A stretch of DNA of 63,141 bases, the filler included, from Corallochytrium limacisporum Hawaii (Eukaryota > Protista > Pluriformea), in the NCBI GenBank assembly GCA_002811645.1. It is 3 parts of 3 records of this genome, joined end to end, with 100 filler letters (N's around TTAATTAATTAA, not from the genome) between each part and the next. Parts side by side here need not be neighbours in the genome. Positions count along the whole stretch, not along the records: positions 43,340 to 63,141 come from PDIP01000176.1; 2 more parts are not named here. The stretch is one strand, 5' to 3'. The notes beneath the pieces are model-generated. The model was not told the DNA's origin, searched no databases, and worked only from the letters and a program-made list of their open reading frames with translations. Within the stretch, counting starts at the first letter, position 1. Each line of letters begins with the position of its first letter. The translations under genes and the position numbers were made by a program. Shown here one piece after another: positions 57,057 to 63,141 of this stretch.

Positions 57057-58673
57057 GCTGCTCTGTAAATTAGCCACGTCGATGTACGCGTGCTGTTCTC
57101 GTCTGACTTAAATCTCCTAGAGGACTGGAGAATCTACACTCCTCCAACTATTCTTCTTCGTTCCTCCAAACATATCGCAAATATTGGTATCGTTCAACTC
57201 GACCGATTTTAAAACCGTTTGCTTTACCAATTCCATATTTATTCTGCACGGTCTGATAACCAGCTTCAAGTCTACAGCTTCAAACACCATTGCGGACCTC
57301 GCATCTCTCCTCGAACTCGGACCGTGTCGACCCCCTGGCCCTGCCCCAAGAACTCGTCTTCGGGCCGGGGCGCACCCCCTCAGGGTGGCACTGGGGGGAG
57401 GGGGGAATTGAAAGCTAAATTTTATTTGAATGACTCTCCACCTAGTGGTGCGATACAATATCGCCGTTGTATGGGGGGCCCCTCTGAAGTGCGACACAGA
57501 GCCCCCACACCAACAGTGCCTCACCCCCGGTTCTGCAGCGAATATTATTCCGAGGCGATGACCCAGGGAATCAGCCTATAGTGATGACATCTATAGAAGG
57601 AATGATGCCATAGCCAACGCTGTGAAGAAAACTAAAAGTGTCATCTTCGGCCCCCCCCTTCCTCCCCTCGGTATGAAGTACGTGTCGAGATTAGGGTGTG
57701 TCTAAATTGTATGCGGTAAGCTGGGACGACATTGGGCATCAAGCTACTCTGGGCAAGATGTTTATGCCAGGTGCGATCTATGGGCGATGTCTGAGCATGC
57801 CACATACGCGCACGAAGATCAGACATCAGATCAATTTCCGCATGGAGAGTGTGATGGTACTTTCTCAGCGACAATGGGACCCTTGGTTCACTTCCTAAAC
57901 CGGGTAACTCTCCACTCAGGAAAGTGTCCCTCAGGGACGGAGCGCGACAGAACCGAACAGTTTATCAGAAGATTGGACGAAATATACGAATCATGAATCT
58001 ACTGGAATGCGTACCCCCTGTGTTTTGCTGGCTTCGTAGGGGCCGAAGGCTAGATCTGCCACTGTTTTTCTATCCCCTTTTTTCGGTTTTCTGGGTAGCG
58101 TTGATTTTGTTCCTCGGCCCGTGCCCCACCAATTATCCAGACCATAAGCCCGACCCGGGCAAAGGTAACAAGTCGCTCATTGATTCTTTCCTGATTTCCC
58201 CATATGATAAACATTCCATATCGAACTAAGCTTTGTCATATTCCTTCGCCCGAGGTTGAGGGGTGGGGAAGGGCCTTCCGCCACCGAAGTTGGGGGACGA
58301 GAGAGACCCTCCCCCCCCTCCAGGGCGGGAGGGTCTCTCTCGTCCCCTGGTCCCATAGTGGAGAAGCAGAAGGAGAAGGACAGAGAGAGAGACCCTGGCC
58401 CAAATTAGAAACAAATGGACAACAAAGGAAAGGAGAGTGAGCCCCCCCCTCTCCGCCCCCCCCGGGGGGGGGGGAAGAGGGGGGGGAAGGGGGAGAGAGA
58501 AAGGGCCACTTGAGTATTAGTGGAAAACAAAGTCCAAATTAACGAAAGGCTACGCGGCTGGGGCCGTCTGAGGAACACTCCCCTTCCAAACGGTGGGGTG
58601 TGTACTGTGGCGGGTCTCCGAATAGTGCGGTGCTGCCGTGGGTGCTTGGCCCCCTACCCCCGGGGAGGAGGGA

Positions 58674-58950
58674 NNNNNNNNNNNNNNNNNNNNNNNNNNN
58701 NNNNNNNNNNNNNNNNNNNNNNNNNNNNNNNNNNNNNNNNNNNNNNNNNNNNNNNNNNNNNNNNNNNNNNNNNNNNNNNNNNNNNNNNNNNNNNNNNNNN
58801 NNNNNNNNNNNNNNNNNNNNNNNNNNNNNNNNNNNNNNNNNNNNNNNNNNNNNNNNNNNNNNNNNNNNNNNNNNNNNNNNNNNNNNNNNNNNNNNNNNNN
58901 NNNNNNNNNNNNNNNNNNNNNNNNNNNNNNNNNNNNNNNNNNNNNNNNNN
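58674..58950. other. Assembly gap (277 N)
   Basis: N run flanked by GC-rich sequence. Confidence 0.98.
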
Positions 58951-59497
58951 CCCCGTCCTTACACAGAACTAATCCCGCTCTGCATCTGTACACACAATCG
59001 CAGCCAAGAAGCTCCGATGATGATAGCAAGGGCACCAGGGGCAAGTAATGTGTGCACAATAACTGGGAATTTCGGTGAAGCTGCTGATCTCTTGGCTGCT
59101 CCTTGCTTCATTGTAGGAACTCATTCTCTTCCCGCTGTTCGACCACTCGGCGGCTGAGGGCTTGCTCTGGAGATCATCACGGCGTTTTCAGATATTCACA
59201 TGCATACACAAGCTTACACAAAACGGTGGACAAATGACATCCTGGAGCTTTGATTAATTTGCTAAGTCTGCTCCCTTGTCATCCGCTCTTGGGATGCTGC
59301 ATAAATGGGTGTTCCGGAAAGGTACACAAGAACATATGCATTTTCATGAAGATTTTCTTCTCCTTCTCACTCAAACTAAGATTTTCCTCATTCTCACTCA
59401 GATCAAGAATCTGGCCAATACTGGAAGGTACAATAAGAAAGCAAATATGCACCACAAGGCAGCTGGAAACCACACCCGTGGAGCGGACAACTCAAAC

Positions 59498-59764
59498 ATG
59501 AGTGACGCGGAGGGTGCCGTCAAAGTCGTCTACCACGGCAAGAATACCAGGGACAACTATTTCGTCATGGTCAACAAGAACGACTACCAGAAGTGGCAGA
59601 AAGATCAGTCGGTGCCCCTGGTCCAGGTCCTGCAACGCGTTCAGGTCTGGAAACAAGGAGGCATGGAGCCAACCCGCGGTGAACTCGACTCTGAGTTTGG
59701 TACGCACAACATGGATGCAGTTGCCACCATGGTGTTGACCGCACATACTCCATCCACTGCCTAA
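59498..59764 (+). CDS. RTC3: Rtc3/SBDS N-terminal-like small protein (88 aa)
   Basis: KVVYHGK..DNYFVMV...YQKWQKDQSVPLVQV...VW...ELDSEFGTHNMDAV matches the fungal Rtc3/SDO1-like pattern; AATAAA at 59836-59841. Confidence 0.8.
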   Translation: MSDAEGAVKVVYHGKNTRDNYFVMVNKNDYQKWQKDQSVPLVQVLQRVQVWKQGGMEPTRGELDSEFGTHNMDAVATMVLTAHTPSTA

Positions 59765-60291
59765 GGTGACCATAACAGTCCAAGCACCTAGGACACGCCA
59801 GAGTATACGAATCAGAAAAGTAGGATCAACAACCAAATAAACCTGTATGCTTTAGGACACCAACGGGCTATGTGTCCCACTTTGTCCACAACACGTAGCG
59901 TTAGCAATTCTCACCGCGAGTCAGCAAGGACGAAACTTGCAAACAGTGGTGCTGGCGAACGAATGAAGAGGACGCATGCCGCAGTCTATGAAGCCGCTAT
60001 GGCATGCTTCTGTCACGGGGACATTGTTCTCCAACGGAAGCTTCTTTTGGTAGCTCGATTAGTCCCCGGGGCCCACCTGATCGCAAAGATCTGTGTGCGC
60101 CCGGGTGGGTTCCCCTTCATTACCATAAACCGAGGGATCCGTACACAACCGAGCGTCAAGGAATAGCCATGGAGCCCTTACTTATGAATATGATGACGAT
60201 TGCAGAGCTACCAAACATAGAGCATTGAAGGAAATGTAATATGAGTAATTCTCAGGATGACATGATGGTAAATCAAACCTCTCGTACTGAA

Positions 60292-61983
60292 TTAAAGCAG
60301 CAAATCAATGTCTTCGGAGTCCCATCTGCGCATGGACTTAATGAGCTTAGACATGGAAGAGTAATTATTCTTCACGAAGTAGTCAGCATTGATGCCCTGG
60401 CAGATATCAAAGAAGAGTTCAGCGTAACGGTGGTCCGTGCCCTCCGAGCACCACGTCGTTTCATCACTCTCAATGTCCTTGTCTGTCAAGGTCACGTTGG
60501 GATTCTTGCTCAGAGGCTCGGCGTTGCGCACTGCGGGGTTCACACAGAGAAGCTCAACGTCTATGTTCTCCCAGTTTGTCCCGCCTCTCTTGATAGTACA
60601 GTCTTTCTCCGTCGTCTTGGTCTCCTGGAACTGAATGGTCAGGTGAACGTTCTCTTTCTTGAGCATTGGGTCAAGTTCGCTCAGCAACTCTCTCTTCTCA
60701 TCGCAACTGGCCACGGTCAGCAAGTGTATGCCACCCTTACACCTGCCTTGGCCAACTTCCTGCACGATGCGGTTAGCCAGATCGCGGGGTGATTGGTAGC
60801 AAGTGCCTTCCCCTGGTTTGGCTTGCTTGCAGTATCTCTTAAAGTCACCCACTCGCCAGTGTATGGCGCAGGTGCTCTGCTCCGGAATGACATATTGCGC
60901 CCGCGCATTGTCATCACCGGCAGTTCCCTCGTTGTCTTGCGTCCTGAGCGCCTGTGCCAGCAGGGCCTGACGTCGCTCACCCATAGGGCACTCACCCAAC
61001 GGTCCGTCCAAAACAAAGTCCAGGTCATCCCAGTCATAAGGTATGTCAGCGTAGAATATCTGCTCCACACACAGGACTTTGTGGGACCCAGAAATTTGTG
61101 CGTACTTGTCCAGGGGCATGAGGCGCATGGCACTGTTACAGGTTGTTGGACTATCATACATTCCAAGATCTTCAGCCACGTCTTCCCAGTAGACGTACTG
61201 CTTATAGTTCGCAGGAACGAATATGTTTCTCGCGGACGGCAAGCACTTATTGCGCAAGTCCTTGCGTTTCACTACTAAACCAACTTGTCTAGAATCCCAA
61301 TGCAAGTAATGCCCCGTGGTTATGTGATTTGAGTAGATAGGAGGCATAATCAAGATACGGTTATACTTGCGAGCATACACCATAGCTTTCAGCAGAGCGA
61401 TTAATTGATTACCGAACCCGGCCCAATTCTTGAACATGAGGTACTTGTTTTTAGGATCTTTGGTGTTCGTGTACGGGTTACCTTCCTGTTTGGGAATCTG
61501 TCTGTCACCGCTGGAGAGGTAAATATCACTGACCATACAGTCATTGGGTGGTTCCTGGTCATCGATACGTCTCTGGTCATCGATCCGTCTCTGGTCATCT
61601 AGCTGTGCCCCGTCATTGAGCTGTGGCCTGTCATCGAGCTGTGCCCCTCCTTCGGCCGACCCCTGACCTTCGGCCGATCCTTGGCCTTCGGCCGATCCTT
61701 GGCCTTCTGCCGATCCTTGGCCTTCGGCCGATCCTTGGCCTTCTGCCGATCCTTGGCCATCGGTCGACCCCTGGTAATCTGATTGCTTCGGAGCAGACAC
61801 TTGAGGCAGTCCCGTCAAGGATTCCACTGTGGCTTCCGCGGAGCACTCAGAATCGGCAACTGTTTCATCGCAAATTTTCGAGTTGAGAGCATTGTGGCCT
61901 TGTGCCATTAAGCTGTAGACTAGCAACAGAGCCACAAACAAGCCAGCACCCAACCTCGCAAGCACAATTCGCGTCAGCATCAT
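60292..61983 (-). CDS. Type II membrane GDP-fucose O-fucosyltransferase-family protein
   Basis: N-terminal TM anchor, repeat stem, motifs GFGNQL..L..A...A...NRILIMPP, AIHWRVGDF and ICQGINADYFVKNNYSSMS. Confidence 0.85.
   Translation of the reverse strand: MMLTRIVLARLGAGLFVALLLVYSLMAQGHNALNSKICDETVADSECSAEATVESLTGLPQVSAPKQSDYQGSTDGQGSAEGQGSAEGQGSAEGQGSAEGQGSAEGQGSAEGGAQLDDRPQLNDGAQLDDQRRIDDQRRIDDQEPPNDCMVSDIYLSSGDRQIPKQEGNPYTNTKDPKNKYLMFKNWAGFGNQLIALLKAMVYARKYNRILIMPPIYSNHITTGHYLHWDSRQVGLVVKRKDLRNKCLPSARNIFVPANYKQYVYWEDVAEDLGMYDSPTTCNSAMRLMPLDKYAQISGSHKVLCVEQIFYADIPYDWDDLDFVLDGPLGECPMGERRQALLAQALRTQDNEGTAGDDNARAQYVIPEQSTCAIHWRVGDFKRYCKQAKPGEGTCYQSPRDLANRIVQEVGQGRCKGGIHLLTVASCDEKRELLSELDPMLKKENVHLTIQFQETKTTEKDCTIKRGGTNWENIDVELLCVNPAVRNAEPLSKNPNVTLTDKDIESDETTWCSEGTDHRYAELFFDICQGINADYFVKNNYSSMSKLIKSMRRWDSEDIDLLL
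61551..61770 (-). repeat. 18-bp coding repeats (GSAEGQ)n and (IDDQRR)-like repeats in the fucosyltransferase stem
   Basis: GCCGATCCTTGGCCTTC(G/T) about 6 times, followed in the protein by LDDRPQ/LNDGAQ/LDDQRR/IDDQRR. Confidence 0.92.
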
Positions 61984-63141
61984 GCCCTTAGTTGATAGAA
62001 GTGAACGCGGGGCCTAGCTTCTGAACCAGTGCCGTGATGCGATAGGGAAATATTCACTTGAATGACATAACGTTACCGAAATTACATCTAGATACTGAAC
62101 GTAGGATTCCGGTACCCGGTCAATATGGTACAGACTCTCACAATACAGCACCTCCACGTTGATCTCCGCCATGGGACACGATAAATACCAGTACAGTGTG
62201 ATAAAATTGGTTCTTCTGAAATCTCTCCGAGCCATGTTACATTCTTGCCAAGGAATTCTGCTTTCATCCCTTTATGGGACTCTCCGGACTGACGACATTT
62301 CCAGATAGGTAAGGCCCGGATACTTCTGCACGATCATAAATTACATATCCCTGCTTCAATGGACCACGGGAAGTCATGGGTTGGGTATATAGACCGTGCC
62401 CTCGTCGGGGCCGTACAGACCAAGCGAGCCAGTTGCCGTTTCGGTTGGCCTCCTTTCCCCCCTCCCCCACTCCTGTCTCCTTCTCCCCGCACACCACACG
62501 CACTCCACTGACCTGTTGCTCTCCCTCACCTGTCACTCTCCCACAACGCCACACGTACACGAAAGTGTGAGTCAAGCCGACCCTGTGGATCGGGGGCCGC
62601 GGGTGGAACTGTGCATTTCTGCCGGCTGTTGGGGCTCTCTCGCCACCGCTCTCTCGCCAATAGTGCTAATTGGGTACCCTTGCCATGACTTGCCTGAATA
62701 CATGGAAACACGAAACGACAGTCCTTGTTACATCATGAGGACCGGCTCTCAAAAATTTCCTGTACCTCCAACTGATCTCGTCGGCGGGCCGTCTAGTACC
62801 TCACTTCCCCCGGTCGGTCGGTTGTCTAATCTAACATCTGGCCTATATAATACTATAGTACCACCCTCTGTCTGGTATGTCAGGGTCAAAACTCCGAAAA
62901 ACTTGACTCCCGAGGATCTTTTTCAATCTTGATTGTATAATAATTTATATTGATTGTATTCTATTTCATTATATTTTGCTCTTTTTAACAATCATTTACA
63001 AATATTTCAATAGCTGATTCAAACGAAGAGTCCCTGCTACTCTCAAAAATGGACTATTTTGACTTTGGCTTGACATTGAACACATCGTAGTCGTACAAAA
63101 AAATTAAATATGAGCATCTATTACCACCATGACTTGAACCA

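Overview
Eukaryotic nuclear DNA from a draft assembly. Three contigs (1-19586, 19687-43239, 43340-63141) are joined by artificial 100-nt spacers (N44-TTAATTAATTAA-N44), and there are two further N gaps. Every recognisable gene is a single ORF with no intron required, which suggests an intron-poor unicellular opisthokont (inference only). The left ~43 kb is gene-poor and carries mostly secreted or surface orphans: a PxVG(V/I)xG repeat protein, a beta-repeat polyprotein with RR/RK-DA processing-like sites, a minimal syndecan-like membrane protein, two Cys-containing secreted orphans and a duplicated-domain orphan. It also has a GH114-Thr/Glu linker-TSP3 hydrolase, a ThrE/Prm10-type transporter and a bacterial-type GST. 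All six orphan genes have a TATA-like box (TATTTA or TATATA core) 93-104 nt upstream of the ATG. This block is bounded by a perfect 72-bp inverted repeat (1-72 and 43154-43225). The right ~20 kb has core eukaryotic genes: synaptobrevin/VAMP, a Ste20/MAP4K-CNH protein with pseudokinase motifs, a PH-DUF547 protein, an Rtc3/SBDS-like protein and an O-fucosyltransferase-family protein. I recognised no rRNA, tRNA, CRISPR array or intact transposase. Family calls come from motif recognition by eye, not database searches.
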